A stretch of 64,000 bases of DNA from an uncultured virus (IMG/VR IMGVR_UViG_3300011862_000003) (IMGVR_UViG_3300011862_000003), one strand, 5' to 3'. Counted from the stretch's first letter, positions 50,210 to 62,400 are shown. The notes: a model not told the origin generated them from the sequence alone. Translations and numbers: made by a program.

Positions 50210-50740
50210 ATGTTTTTAACCTCAGGAACTTCTTACTATTCTATTCCATTACTTAATATTAATCTTACATGTAAAAGTAAAAATATAATACAAGATCCTA
50301 ATATAAAATTTAAGTTATTGTCTTTTTCAGATCTAACAAAAATCGATATCTTATTATCTTCTAATATAAGTATGTCTGAAATTTATGACGAGATTTGTCA
50401 TAAGTGTATTTTAGGTATTCTATACCATGAAGGAGAGGAGATTGATTTTGAAAGAAGTCCTGCTGGGGTTTTAGAACATCTAGGTGAAAAGATCTTATAT
50501 CACAGTAGAGATATTATTAAAGATATACAAAAGACATTCGAAATCTTTAGTTCAAATATAACTTTACTAGATCAGATACAAGCTTTTGTATCAAGATATA
50601 CTTGTACACCTCTTAAAGAAATTAGAGACTTACCTCTGGATCAATTACTCAGGGATTTCAGTATAGTACAAGCAGCTTTTCCTAATGAAATTCAACCTAT
50701 AGTATTAGAGGAAGAGAAAGTCAGTAAGGTAGGTGGCTAA
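50210..50740 (+). CDS. second tail assembly chaperone-like protein
   Basis: Shares the PAGV/AGVI motif with the preceding gene; synteny. Confidence 0.55.
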   Translation: MFLTSGTSYYSIPLLNINLTCKSKNIIQDPNIKFKLLSFSDLTKIDILLSSNISMSEIYDEICHKCILGILYHEGEEIDFERSPAGVLEHLGEKILYHSRDIIKDIQKTFEIFSSNITLLDQIQAFVSRYTCTPLKEIRDLPLDQLLRDFSIVQAAFPNEIQPIVLEEEKVSKVGG

Positions 50741-53700
50741 TGACAGATTTATTTAGTTCAGCACAATCTGCTGAAACTCAAATTGAGGAGAATCGTAGAG
50801 ACGGTCTCCTCAATGCTGCTATAGCTGGATCTACCTTTGGTACTAGTGCTTATCTACTAAAAAAGTACGGAGGTGAAGATTCAACATTAGCTAATTTTTA
50901 TCAAAAACTCTTAGGTACTGAATTCTTACAGAGACAACTAAATAATGCGCCAACATGGATTAATTCTAATGGTGGTGTATTTACTAATCAGTCCGTAATG
51001 AAATCATTACTGTCTCAATTAATGGCTATCGAAGAAGCCTCTCCTTTACATGTACTTCGTACTCTTCAATTAAGTAATATTTTCCAACCATTTGTAGATA
51101 TAACTCAATCCAAACAAGAGATTATTTTCTCCGAACGTAAGATTCGTAACCAAAGACATTTCTATGAATCTCTTATTAATTTTGCTAATAAAGATCTAGA
51201 TGATAAAGTAAGATCTGCTAAAATTCAGCAGGCTCTGAAAGAAGGTATGGTTTATCGAGGCGGTAAAATGTATGGTCTTAAAAATGGAGCTATTGATTTA
51301 GATAATATACTTGTTAATCAAGCGAGATTAATAACATCTAATATTAGGCAAGGTGAAATTAATTCTCCTAATATGATGTTTCTTAATTTTACAAAAAATA
51401 TTGGAGCTAGTGTAGATCTAGATGCTATGAAGGCTGACCCTATTACAATTATCGGGGCACGTACAAGAGGAGAACTTATCGGGAAATGGGGTCAAAGTTG
51501 GGCAAGATACTCTTTAGAAATGGGTATGAAGTCTTTAGATAACCCTTTAGCAGGTTTTGAAGAAATGCTTAAAGGTGTTGGGGTAGATCAAACATCTTTC
51601 TTTGATAGTAAGTTTTGGAGTACAGCTAAGAAATTTACAAATATTCAATTAGGTACTAATGGCAACTATGATTTGTCGATAAGAGATTCTTTAAGACGTT
51701 CAGCTAAAAATGTAGCCGTTAAATCTACAGCAGTAGCTCTAGGTTATGAAGTTACTGATTCTGTTTTAAGATCAGTATCTGGACCTGATGGATTATTCTC
51801 TGAAGGTATATATACAGGTCTTACTAATCTATATGCTGGAACTAGAATTAAATTTGCAGAAGTCTGGTCAGATAGGTTTCAAGGTTATAAAGAATCTCAG
51901 GAACAAGCAGCACAAGGTTCAACAAATTTAATGACTCTAATGGCATTACCTTTAGGTGGAGCACTATTTGGAGCACAAATGAGCTACTTTGGAAGAATGG
52001 GTAAAACTCTTACAAGCAATACTGATGAAGCTGCTAAAATATATAATGTATCTAAACCATCAGAATTATTATCCAAAGTAGGTATTGATAGTAAACTTAA
52101 ACCTATGAAGAGAAATGCTTTCATAGGGGCTCTAGCAGGCGCTGCAGTAGCTCTTCCATTCTTGCCTGGGGCTTTGGTAGGGACAAGCTCAGAAGAGCTC
52201 AGATCGCTTTACAGTGGCGAGAAAGAGGTAGCTCAAAAAGCTAACAGATGGTGGATGTTTGGTGGTAGTTCTTGGGAAGGAACTCATACTCAATATTTTT
52301 CAAAACATAAGGTAGCAAGAGTTAATGCTGATGCAGTAGATAAAGTTAGATATGGGGATGATGATACTAAAAAGAAATTAAATCCACTATTACACCCTCT
52401 ATCATATATTAAAGATCCGTACCGCTATGAAAAGATGCATGCTGAAGACATGCCTTATCCAGTATGGGGTATGGATGTAGGGTATGGTTCAATATATGGT
52501 AAATTATATGAAAGAACTATTGGACAGATTATTAAACCAGACCTTGTTAATCCAGCAGTCAGAGATTTAGCTGAATCAGTGTCGGATGCTTCTACTCTTA
52601 AAATGGGTATTTTAAAAGCTACTAAAAACTTTATATTAGGTAATAAAGAACAAACTGGAAATTCTTTTGCAGTCCCAGTAGGATTAGATTCTAAAGATAA
52701 AGGCTTAATTTCTGATGGTGTTATGGCAGCACCACCTTCAGCTAGATTTAATCCTAACCAAGAAGGCTTAGGATTAACTTATCAAGCAGGTGTTGATTTA
52801 ATTGGTTTAAAAGGTTGGACACTATCTATGCCACTTGCAGCTATAGGTATAGAGCCAAGAAACGCTCCACTACAATTAGCAAGATCAGGAGAAGCCACAT
52901 CAGCAGCGAGGGATCTATTAGATGAGAACGTAGGGGATATGTTTGGATTTGGTGAATTTCAACGTAAGATCTTAGGAACATCTTCAGGATCTCTACCTGA
53001 AAGATTAAACCCATTAGTGAATGATATGGTGCATTGGTTACCAAGTTCTGATAATCAATATTACATAAACTTTAAAAAGGGTAACCCCTATGATCATATT
53101 AAGAATGGTGAGGAACGTCTTCCTGGTGTAGGATTAGCCGCTCTTAACCCTGAACTACAAGGAGTAGAACCAGAAGATTATTCTTTAGTATATAAATATA
53201 AGGTGTTATCAGATGTAGCTAAAGGCTCACGTGAGCATATTAGAGCTAGACAACAAGCATTATCCGCTTATACTGCTGGAGACTTATCTAAGAGAGAAGT
53301 AGAAATTGTTAAACAAACAATGGAACAAGAAGTAGAACGAGATAACAGAAAAGACTTTTATAAACCATCTACAGAACGAGATAGATTTGGTTTTGGTCCT
53401 GTTGGTTATATACAAAGTTCAGTGTGGGATTTTGTAGCCAGAAATGGTGAATCTCCTACAGAGATGTTAACTCCTATTAGACCTATGGCTAAATTTATGC
53501 ATAAGCGTACTGCTATCGAAGACTATGTTGCTACTCAATTAGGAGGTAGTGATGCAGGTATTTGGACTAACCCTTATTCACACTTTATAAAACCAGCAGC
53601 TAATAAAACTAGGTTAGTTGTAGATAGATCTTTTAAAGGTGAAGAGGTTGTAGAGAAAGAAAATATTGATGAATACTTTGATAAGCTAGATCATCTACGT

Positions 53701-54528
53701 AATAGACGTAATGGTACAGGAATGCAAGATTTTAATTCCACTGTATCATCATCACTTTCAGGATTAAATACAAAAGAAAAAGTATTAAAATTTAAGAAAT
53801 CTTTATCAGATAGTGAAAGAGATTATTTTGAATCTTTCTCTAAAGAAACTGATAAGAAAAAACGTGAAATGATCAGATCTATTCTCCCTGGAAATGTAGC
53901 TAGAGGTTATGAACAAATTTGGAGAAACGTTGATATAGCAGAAGAGACTAGAGCTAAAGGAGGTAGTGTACAAAAGGCACTAGCTGAAGACTTACATAAA
54001 CAAACTCTAAAACTACAAGATGTTTTTGCAGTTGCTTTATCTAAAGAAGAGTTGGAATCTGTCAAACACTCTGTCTATAATAATAGAGACAGCTATGCTA
54101 ACATGGGTTTTTCAAGAAGTGATCGTATTAAATATTCAGCCGATGAAGCTATTCGTTTAAAAATGGCAGATATGGAAGCAGCAACTCATCTTAGAAATAG
54201 TACTGGAGTACCCAGTAGTAAATTCATGGGATGGGACCCTAGATTAAAAACAGATGATATTAAAATCAGAACATTATCAGTTGGTAATGAAGATTTACGT
54301 AGATTTGGTTTCTGGCAAAAAGATGAAGATAGGATGAATCGTATACCAGCTTTAAAAAGTGAAGATGAGGTTATTCAGTCTATTGATAGAATCAAAGCAA
54401 GCATGAGAGCAAACACTATAATGAAAAGGCAGATAGAAATGACAATGTTTAATAATGGCTTTAAAGCTTCTCGAATAGATGTTGTTGATGCCAATTATGG
54501 TAATTTAAGAATACAAGAGGAAAAGTAA
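50740..54528 (+). CDS. tape-measure-like / ejected membrane-associated protein
   Basis: Follows chaperones; several Gly/Ala TM-like segments. Confidence 0.6.
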   Translation: MTDLFSSAQSAETQIEENRRDGLLNAAIAGSTFGTSAYLLKKYGGEDSTLANFYQKLLGTEFLQRQLNNAPTWINSNGGVFTNQSVMKSLLSQLMAIEEASPLHVLRTLQLSNIFQPFVDITQSKQEIIFSERKIRNQRHFYESLINFANKDLDDKVRSAKIQQALKEGMVYRGGKMYGLKNGAIDLDNILVNQARLITSNIRQGEINSPNMMFLNFTKNIGASVDLDAMKADPITIIGARTRGELIGKWGQSWARYSLEMGMKSLDNPLAGFEEMLKGVGVDQTSFFDSKFWSTAKKFTNIQLGTNGNYDLSIRDSLRRSAKNVAVKSTAVALGYEVTDSVLRSVSGPDGLFSEGIYTGLTNLYAGTRIKFAEVWSDRFQGYKESQEQAAQGSTNLMTLMALPLGGALFGAQMSYFGRMGKTLTSNTDEAAKIYNVSKPSELLSKVGIDSKLKPMKRNAFIGALAGAAVALPFLPGALVGTSSEELRSLYSGEKEVAQKANRWWMFGGSSWEGTHTQYFSKHKVARVNADAVDKVRYGDDDTKKKLNPLLHPLSYIKDPYRYEKMHAEDMPYPVWGMDVGYGSIYGKLYERTIGQIIKPDLVNPAVRDLAESVSDASTLKMGILKATKNFILGNKEQTGNSFAVPVGLDSKDKGLISDGVMAAPPSARFNPNQEGLGLTYQAGVDLIGLKGWTLSMPLAAIGIEPRNAPLQLARSGEATSAARDLLDENVGDMFGFGEFQRKILGTSSGSLPERLNPLVNDMVHWLPSSDNQYYINFKKGNPYDHIKNGEERLPGVGLAALNPELQGVEPEDYSLVYKYKVLSDVAKGSREHIRARQQALSAYTAGDLSKREVEIVKQTMEQEVERDNRKDFYKPSTERDRFGFGPVGYIQSSVWDFVARNGESPTEMLTPIRPMAKFMHKRTAIEDYVATQLGGSDAGIWTNPYSHFIKPAANKTRLVVDRSFKGEEVVEKENIDEYFDKLDHLRNRRNGTGMQDFNSTVSSSLSGLNTKEKVLKFKKSLSDSERDYFESFSKETDKKKREMIRSILPGNVARGYEQIWRNVDIAEETRAKGGSVQKALAEDLHKQTLKLQDVFAVALSKEELESVKHSVYNNRDSYANMGFSRSDRIKYSADEAIRLKMADMEAATHLRNSTGVPSSKFMGWDPRLKTDDIKIRTLSVGNEDLRRFGFWQKDEDRMNRIPALKSEDEVIQSIDRIKASMRANTIMKRQIEMTMFNNGFKASRIDVVDANYGNLRIQEEK

Positions 54529-54531
54529 TAA

Positions 54532-57500
54532 ATGGCAATAAATCCTAGAATGGCATCTGTAGTAACAGGTGCTGCTTTAGGGGCATATACTAGTGATATC
54601 ACTGATAACCCTTTAACAGGTCTTATGAGTACAGGTATTGGTGCAGGAGTAGGTTCTTTACTTATTCTACCTAAAAGAGATATTAAAGATATGTCCCAAG
54701 TATCATTTGGAGCTAAGTTAGATAATGATGCAATATTAACTAGAGCTAGATCAGGAGTTAGTACTCAAGTTCAAACAGCTCAGACTAAGTATCAAAATAA
54801 AATTGACGAAATATTCAGTTTATATAATAAAGTTGCTGGTGGGGTTAATGTTACTGATGAAGAAAAAACACTATTAAGTGGATATAAGACAAACCTTAAC
54901 AATATTAAAAGTATTGTTAAAGATAATATTATGAACTTTCCTACGGATTTTGATACTAATCCTCAAATGTTTATTGATGCTCTTAAACGATTAAATGATG
55001 ATAAATTAGTTAAGCAAATTACTCCTTTACTGAGTGCTGATGAGTTCCATCTATCTAATCTACATGCTGTTTCTGGAAACATACCTATGGTTGGTATGTT
55101 TGAAAGAAGTATTAAAGATACTTCTAATTCAGAGAAAATTAGAGAACTTGCAAAAGTATTTCAACAACAAATGGGTAATTCATTAGAAGAAGCTACTGAA
55201 AAAGCTCAAATGATAGTAGAAAGATCTATAGGTGCTATTAAAGTTAAAAATGGATCAGTACTCATTTCAGACAGAGCTGACAAAGGGAGAGCTATTGAAA
55301 TACCTATTACACATTATGATAAAAATGGAATCAGATATCATAATGCAGGAGATGGTAAAGCAACTTCAGTTAAAGGATTTACACCTTATGCTAAGATGCT
55401 TGTAGATGAATCAGGTGTAAAAATAAATGGTCAATTAAAGACTGTAACTGCAAATGAAGTCTTAAGAGGTATGGCTCCAGAGATGATGTTACAGTTCTTA
55501 GATAAAGACATGCCTATATCTTCTTTAATGAAAGATATTAAAAGTCACTTTGCATACGATCCTAATGAAGTTAGTCATGAATTCATCGGTGGTGCTAACT
55601 TTGAAGCTAAATCTCCAACTTTTATTAATAATTCATTAACTGTAAAAACAGATAAAATATTAAATGTAGATGACTCTTTAAATATTAATAGTAAACGCCC
55701 ATTCAGAAGAATGGAACAAATGGCAACGAAAAGTAATAATGCAGCCGAAGCTAATAAAGTAAGAACAGACTTATACCGTTACATACCAAATGCGAGATCA
55801 TTGACTTTAGGTATATCAGGTAATTCCGCTACAGATATTAACTCAGCAGGATTAGGTACTATTAGTCTATTCCCACCACAAGAAAGAAATATTAGTAGTA
55901 GTGTATTGAGACAAACAGTTCCAGAAGCTCCTACTAGAGGGGCTCAAGCTATACAACAAGTCTTTGGACCTAAAGGATCTAATATTCTTTATAGTAGCGC
56001 ACAAGTACTTGGAAAATTAGATATTGCTGACGAAGAAGCATTTAATAAATTATCTGTTGCTTTATTAGGTGATAATTCAAAAGTATTAGGGGATGGTTTT
56101 GGTTTGTATAATAGAGGGCACAGTGAACTATTCGCTAATAAATCTATGAAAGATATTAAGATACCTCTTAGTACGAATACTATTATTAAAGATAAAGTCT
56201 TATTTGAAGCTTTAGAAAGCGGTGATATAAATAGTTATATTCAAACTAATGGTCCTATCCAAGTAGGGAATGGTGTTTTAGGTTACACTCCTGATGGAAA
56301 ACCTATTGAGATAGGTAGACAACATGGTTCAGGAAGAATTGTTAATGCTTTCCTTCAACAAGAGAAAAACAACTTAGTCTTAAGGGCGGAGACAGTTTTT
56401 AATCCTAATTCTGAAAATCTTGTTAAATTATTTTCAACAGGATCTAAAGCATTAGCTTCTGGTGTAAAAAAGAGTGACTTTGAATTACTAACTGCTTTAG
56501 GTTCATTAATGAATCAAGAACAAATAGACTTCAAAAATGATCAAATACACTTAGGGAAAAGAGCTTCTAATCAATTAAAATCATTCTTTAATAAGAAAAC
56601 TTCTATGTCTTTAGATGAAGTTAGGAAAGTTGCAGAGAATGATCCAAGATTTATGCAAAGTTTTGGAAATAAAGATGTATCTATAATTACAAGTGCTAAG
56701 CGTACAGGTATGAAAGATCTTCAAACTTTATTAGATGGTAAAGGAAATATTGCAGAACTATTACAAAAATCTGGTGCTCAAAAATTAATAGATGCGGGTA
56801 AAGATAAACGTTCTGCTACAATTGCTGGATTTTTAACTTTAGAAACTAAAGCTTCAGAAGATATTACAAGTCATGTAACAAGTAATTTATTAGCACCACT
56901 ACAGAAAGTAAAAGAAGGCGTAGCAGGTAAAGCAGACCTCGCAAGAATTAATACATATCTACAAAATGGTCTAATACCACAAGCTATTACAAATGCATCT
57001 GATCAGGCTCTTATTGATGATGCGATAAATAGAGTATCTTCTGCTTTCCGTACTGTTATGATATCTGATGGATTTGTAGGTACAAATAGAGATATAGCAA
57101 TGGATAATCTCTATAAGTTTGTTGAGATGTCAGGGGTATCTGCAGATTTATCTAGAGGTTTCTCAACAACTATAGGTTCTACTAACAAAGGCTCTTCTAT
57201 TGTAGGTGCTGGAAATAATGCAAGAGTATCATGGAATGCTTATACTAATATGCGTTTGTCAGGTTTCAGTAAGACTCAATTAGGTTGGTTAGGTGAAATT
57301 AATCAAGATCTCTTATATGAAATGCAAGGAGTTTTAGATGAAGTTAAACATAAAGGATATAGAACATCTATTAACGACCTTATATCAGGATCTGAAAGTG
57401 TTGCTGAATCTCTATTAGCAGATTCTCTACCAGAGGAACGTTTAACTAAGTTTGAAAACACATTCTCAGGCTTTGATACAAAAAATAATCCATATTTAAC

Positions 57501-59397
57501 TTATGATCTTAAATATGATAAATCTGAAATTAAGTCCTTAAACTTCAGTTTAATCAGTACAAATCGTAATGGTAAATACGAGGTAAACGATAAACAAGTT
57601 ATTAAAGAACTAGATAAACATCGTTTGAATATTATGTCTCTTGATATTCAATTACAAAAAGCAATTAATCCTAATACTAAGAAAATGGTAGAAGAAGAAT
57701 TACAAGATGCATTAAAAACTTATGAAACATATGCTAGAAGTATGTTCAGCGGTGATAATAATATACTTAAAAATGCTTTAAGTTTGTATACAGATGCTTC
57801 TTCTATTACTGTGGCACAACCTATTGGTGGGGTTGCTAAAGACTTAATCGAATCAATCGAAAGAAATTCAGATGGATCTTATAAAGCTATTGCTAATAAA
57901 GGTTTTATGTCTACAGAAGGAATAGAGCATTTAGCTAGTGCTATGGGTGTTAATAAATCAGATATTGTTTATCAATCTGTAATTGAAAAAGGTTTTGAAA
58001 ATTCTTCATTAAAACGTGCTGGTTATATGGAAGGTAGACAATTTATTCCATTTAGTATTATGTCTACTCGTGAACCTGCACAGGGTATTTTATCTAGTCA
58101 ATTTATGGAAGTTCTGATGGATCCTTCGATTAAAGGTGGTAAGTATTCATTACATGTAGCACAAGGTCAGTATGGTTTCTCAGTAGGTATGAATGGTGAC
58201 TTTGACCAAGATACTTTACAAGTTATTACTAAAAAATTTAATAGTTATGAACATGGGGAATTATCTAGGGTTTCAAATAATATACGAGAAGCACATAAAC
58301 CGTATCTAAATGTAGAAGGTGATATGTCACCTAAGAATCAAAATAAAAGTATTAAAGCTTTATCAGAATTTGATTCAGTAGCTGATTTTGATTCTTATCA
58401 GATGTTAGCTAGTACTAAAGGTAAAATTAGAAAAACATTCTCTCCAATGGCTACAACTATGGCAATGAATTATATGTCTGCATTAGAACTAGAATATGGA
58501 GATGATGTTGATAAGAAAACTTTAGGACGTATTGGTACATATAGATCTATTGAAAACTTGATTAAATCTTCACATATTGATACAGAAAGTTTTAAAGGAG
58601 CTACTCAACCAATTGAGGAATTACACTTAGCTAGAGAAACTTTCTTAAATAAAGGTGGAGATGTAAAATCGTATAAAACAGCTATGCAACAATATCTTCC
58701 TGATGTTCTAGGTATGGATCATACTCAAAAGAGTCTTGCAGCTGAAGAAGCTAAGCGATTAGAATTGAATAAAACTATTAACCAAGCTGTTGATATCATT
58801 ATTCAAGCTGAATTAAACCATGCTAAGACTATAAATAGAAAAGCTACTTCACCTGTTAGTATAGATAAAATTGGTAGTCTTTCTAACTTATCTAGTTCTA
58901 CAGAAGAAGCATTGGCTCATCTTGATATGTTTGATATTAATCGTCAAGTAGATATGAAGCGAAGTTCACGTCAGTTGTATCAAGGGGTAAATGATGCTAT
59001 AGTTGAAACTATAAAGAGTAATAAATCACTACTTGCAGTAGGTGCTGCAGCATTAGTAGGTATCAATTTAATGGGACGATCTGAGCCAAGTTTTTCAGAC
59101 TCGAGGGCAAATATGCGTCAACATAGTACGCAAATGCTTCAAGCTCCTAGAAACTTAGATGATATTGAAACAGGTATTGAAACCAATCCTACACGATCTG
59201 CATATATTCAACCTAAATCTTATACCAATTCTAAATCTGTTAATGTTCAAGGACAGTTTATAGAAGATGGTTATAATAATTATAATCAATTCACATCAAT
59301 GCTCGATCCATCTCTAGATAGCCAAACAATGAATTTAAACTCAGCCATATTTGGAGGAGGTCTACGTTCAGCTAGATTAGATATAACAGACTTATAA
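54532..59397 (+). CDS. putative virion-associated single-chain two-barrel RNA polymerase
   Basis: STREP...MNGDFDQD (DFDQD at 58198-58212); VKLFSTGSK lysine motif; inside tail operon; Gly-rich TM-like termini. Confidence 0.7.
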   Translation: MAINPRMASVVTGAALGAYTSDITDNPLTGLMSTGIGAGVGSLLILPKRDIKDMSQVSFGAKLDNDAILTRARSGVSTQVQTAQTKYQNKIDEIFSLYNKVAGGVNVTDEEKTLLSGYKTNLNNIKSIVKDNIMNFPTDFDTNPQMFIDALKRLNDDKLVKQITPLLSADEFHLSNLHAVSGNIPMVGMFERSIKDTSNSEKIRELAKVFQQQMGNSLEEATEKAQMIVERSIGAIKVKNGSVLISDRADKGRAIEIPITHYDKNGIRYHNAGDGKATSVKGFTPYAKMLVDESGVKINGQLKTVTANEVLRGMAPEMMLQFLDKDMPISSLMKDIKSHFAYDPNEVSHEFIGGANFEAKSPTFINNSLTVKTDKILNVDDSLNINSKRPFRRMEQMATKSNNAAEANKVRTDLYRYIPNARSLTLGISGNSATDINSAGLGTISLFPPQERNISSSVLRQTVPEAPTRGAQAIQQVFGPKGSNILYSSAQVLGKLDIADEEAFNKLSVALLGDNSKVLGDGFGLYNRGHSELFANKSMKDIKIPLSTNTIIKDKVLFEALESGDINSYIQTNGPIQVGNGVLGYTPDGKPIEIGRQHGSGRIVNAFLQQEKNNLVLRAETVFNPNSENLVKLFSTGSKALASGVKKSDFELLTALGSLMNQEQIDFKNDQIHLGKRASNQLKSFFNKKTSMSLDEVRKVAENDPRFMQSFGNKDVSIITSAKRTGMKDLQTLLDGKGNIAELLQKSGAQKLIDAGKDKRSATIAGFLTLETKASEDITSHVTSNLLAPLQKVKEGVAGKADLARINTYLQNGLIPQAITNASDQALIDDAINRVSSAFRTVMISDGFVGTNRDIAMDNLYKFVEMSGVSADLSRGFSTTIGSTNKGSSIVGAGNNARVSWNAYTNMRLSGFSKTQLGWLGEINQDLLYEMQGVLDEVKHKGYRTSINDLISGSESVAESLLADSLPEERLTKFENTFSGFDTKNNPYLTYDLKYDKSEIKSLNFSLISTNRNGKYEVNDKQVIKELDKHRLNIMSLDIQLQKAINPNTKKMVEEELQDALKTYETYARSMFSGDNNILKNALSLYTDASSITVAQPIGGVAKDLIESIERNSDGSYKAIANKGFMSTEGIEHLASAMGVNKSDIVYQSVIEKGFENSSLKRAGYMEGRQFIPFSIMSTREPAQGILSSQFMEVLMDPSIKGGKYSLHVAQGQYGFSVGMNGDFDQDTLQVITKKFNSYEHGELSRVSNNIREAHKPYLNVEGDMSPKNQNKSIKALSEFDSVADFDSYQMLASTKGKIRKTFSPMATTMAMNYMSALELEYGDDVDKKTLGRIGTYRSIENLIKSSHIDTESFKGATQPIEELHLARETFLNKGGDVKSYKTAMQQYLPDVLGMDHTQKSLAAEEAKRLELNKTINQAVDIIIQAELNHAKTINRKATSPVSIDKIGSLSNLSSSTEEALAHLDMFDINRQVDMKRSSRQLYQGVNDAIVETIKSNKSLLAVGAAALVGINLMGRSEPSFSDSRANMRQHSTQMLQAPRNLDDIETGIETNPTRSAYIQPKSYTNSKSVNVQGQFIEDGYNNYNQFTSMLDPSLDSQTMNLNSAIFGGGLRSARLDITDL

Positions 59398-59411
59398 CAT
59401 GAGGTAAATAA

Positions 59412-62400
59412 ATGTCTGACAATGTATTAACTAAGGAAGAGTTTATTATCAATGATATCGAGATGGGCATTGCCCCATCCGATATCCAATTATTTGATGA
59501 TAATTATATTTTCGAACAATCTTTTTTACGTTCTAATTCAGTTTATTGCTATAGATCTAAATACTCAGATACTAAAGTAATTCTGAATTTTCCTTTTCAA
59601 ATCGGACCTTTTCAGGATAATGACGACCACAATCACACTGAAAATTGTCTAAAATTAATAACTGAATTAAATAATTATCCATTCTGCTTTATCAAAAGCA
59701 ATAGAATAAAAACATACGTCTCACCAATGATGATCTCTAGTACTGGTTACTTAATGTTTGCAGTAGAAGAGTTAGCTCTTGTCCAGTCTGCAACTGCTTC
59801 GAATATAATGTTCTTAGAAGTTACCCTTCGCTATTTTAACCATGTTCCTTTAACTTCTGACTTTGAATTTGTAGATAATAATACAGTTATTAAATCTGGT
59901 ACCAAAGCTTTAAGTAATAAAGACTATTTAACCTATGAAAGAGAGATGCTTCAAAGAGTTAGTCCTATTAAAGTTTCTAGTTTAAAAGCTTCATCTGTAT
60001 GGTCAGATTATATGAATCCTAAGATTAATAGATTATACGACAAACTAGCTGAAACTAAGATCTTAAGCGCAACAAGTTCAAGTACTAGTGAGTTAAATCC
60101 TGGGTTAGATGTTAATCTCTATCTTCCGATGATATTAACTAATGCAGCCAGAGCTAAACAATTAGTTCAGGAGGATGATGGATCATTTATTGGACCTGAT
60201 TCCAAATCTGTTATTGTTACTGATATAGATAATATCGATGGCATGTCATTACCTAATCTATTAACAGAAATGTTCAATCAAGATTTTAGAGACGACGAAG
60301 AGAAAAAAGCTTCTAAGGAAAAAGCAGAGAACATAGTTAAGGTTATTGATAATCCTTATTATTCTCCTGAAGAAGTTGAAAAGAGAATTAAAAAAGGAGT
60401 GATGGAAGATAATACAGGGAAGCTAGATAAAGAGTATGAACCTAACTCTATTAAAACAGGTTCTAAAGAAGTATTTATTAATTATTCTAGTGTATCTTTG
60501 AGTCAATTAGGATTTGCTATTCAAAAGATAGAAGTAAGAAAAAGAAATATGTTAGCTTCACATAAAATAGGTTCTTATAAACACCCTGTTATTCAGTATA
60601 TGGGTAAAGTTCCATCTAAAGTAGTTATTCAATTCTCTAATCCTAATGATGGTATATATGAAGTAGATGATGTAGGTATCGGAGCATTTCTAACGAATGC
60701 TTTTCAAATCATAGATGAAAATAGATTATTTTATCCTGAAGCTGATGTATATAATCATGTAAAAATTCAATCATTAGCAACTATTCTTTTAGGTACTGAG
60801 TCAGTATTACCTAATCAAAACATGCTTTCAGCTAGTGCAGATCAATCTGGAATTGAAAATGTTATTTATTCATTTACAGAAACTAATTCAGAAGAGTTTA
60901 TTAAACAATTCCAAATGGAAGCTTCTGGTGCAAGATCTATGACTAAAGCATATGAAGATATTTTTGGTATTGTTATTAGTTGGTTAGAGAATTTTAAAGA
61001 TTCTATGTCAACTGGTAAATTAAGCTCATTATCTAAAGATCCAAATCAAGTAGAAAATTCATTAAAGATCTTGTCCGTCATAACTGAGACAGTATCTAAA
61101 GCCCTATCTGAATTAGGGTATAAAGAATCGCTTGATGATGTAGCAATACAGTATGCATTAAAACTAATAAGTGAAGGTCAATTAGCACTATCTAATGAAA
61201 ATACTAATTTAAAATTACATAAAGTAACAGAAAATCCTTTAGGTTCAGGATTAACTTTATATATGTCTGGTGAATCCTATACAGCAACATTAACTGAAAA
61301 AGAGAAAAAAGAAGAAGTTATTACAGGAAATAAAGCTACAGGTTTTAATGGGTTTGTACAAACAATGCTCCAAATAAACTCTGATGACATAGCAGAAGCA
61401 TATTTACCAGGTATTACAGAAGCAGGTAAAAAAGTAGCTAAAACAGAAAAACTTAAACAATCTGGTGAATTAGTACAGAAAAAGGTTTTACCTGGAATCT
61501 ATGCTTCTTGGTTAAGTGCTTATAGTTTAGCGATACTTCAATCAAGAAGAGCAGCTAAAGAAGGTAGAACAACAGCCCTTAAAAACGTTATCTTCAAGCC
61601 AAGTAATATGTTTGATACTTATTTAATGAATGCTGCGGCACTTATTAATGCATCTGTAGATTCTGATCCAGCATCTGCAAAATTATCTGCAGGTCAAAAA
61701 GATTTCTTGAAAAATTTAAGTGATATTTATATTGGAAGCTTATATGGACAAAATATTGAAGACTTACATTTAGAAGATCTTTCTCCTGATTATTCAAGAG
61801 AGAAAGATGTACTTATTCAAAGTACTGATCCATTTTTCTTTATTTATACTCCTGATACTTTAGGTACAGAGATGATTGATTTCTATAACGCTAGTTATGG
61901 AGAAGAAAAATTAAATCCTACAATTAATGCAATAGAAGATGGTAAAAATGAACCAGCTATTACTGGAGCAGATGCTCTTTTAAATGTAGAGTATAGAAAA
62001 ATATCAGAAGTAGACTTTAATGCTGAAACTTTCCCATACTATAATACAGATGGAGAAGAGTATGCTTCTGGTTATGGATTCCAAGTGACTATGAATGAGG
62101 ATGCTAAAAGAGCTATTGAAAGTGCTTTAGCTAAATATGGATTATCAGGTGATCAAGAATTCCGTAGATATATGTATAAAGTAGCTCAAGTTGAAAGTGC
62201 TATGGGAACTAATCTTAAAAGTGGTACAGGAGCAGCAGGTCTATTCCAATTCACTGAAGTAGCAATACAACAGATTATGATGATCAATAATAAAGTATTT
62301 GCTGGGAGAGGTTTAGTTAACTTATCTAAAGAAGCTGCAATAGGTCCAGCTCGTGATTTAAAACGTCAAGCTAATTTTAGTAAGGACTTCCAATTAAGTG

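Noticed and set aside
49711..50740. Lambda G/GT-type frameshifted chaperone pair
   Set aside because: The second ORF has its own AAGGAG RBS and no clear slippery site was seen at the junction.
21292..53044. Minus-strand ORFs in the right arm and short alternate-frame ORFs (e.g. 26800, 38421, 41947, 27456, 32444)
   Set aside because: They overlap well-supported structural genes and show no RBS or motif support.
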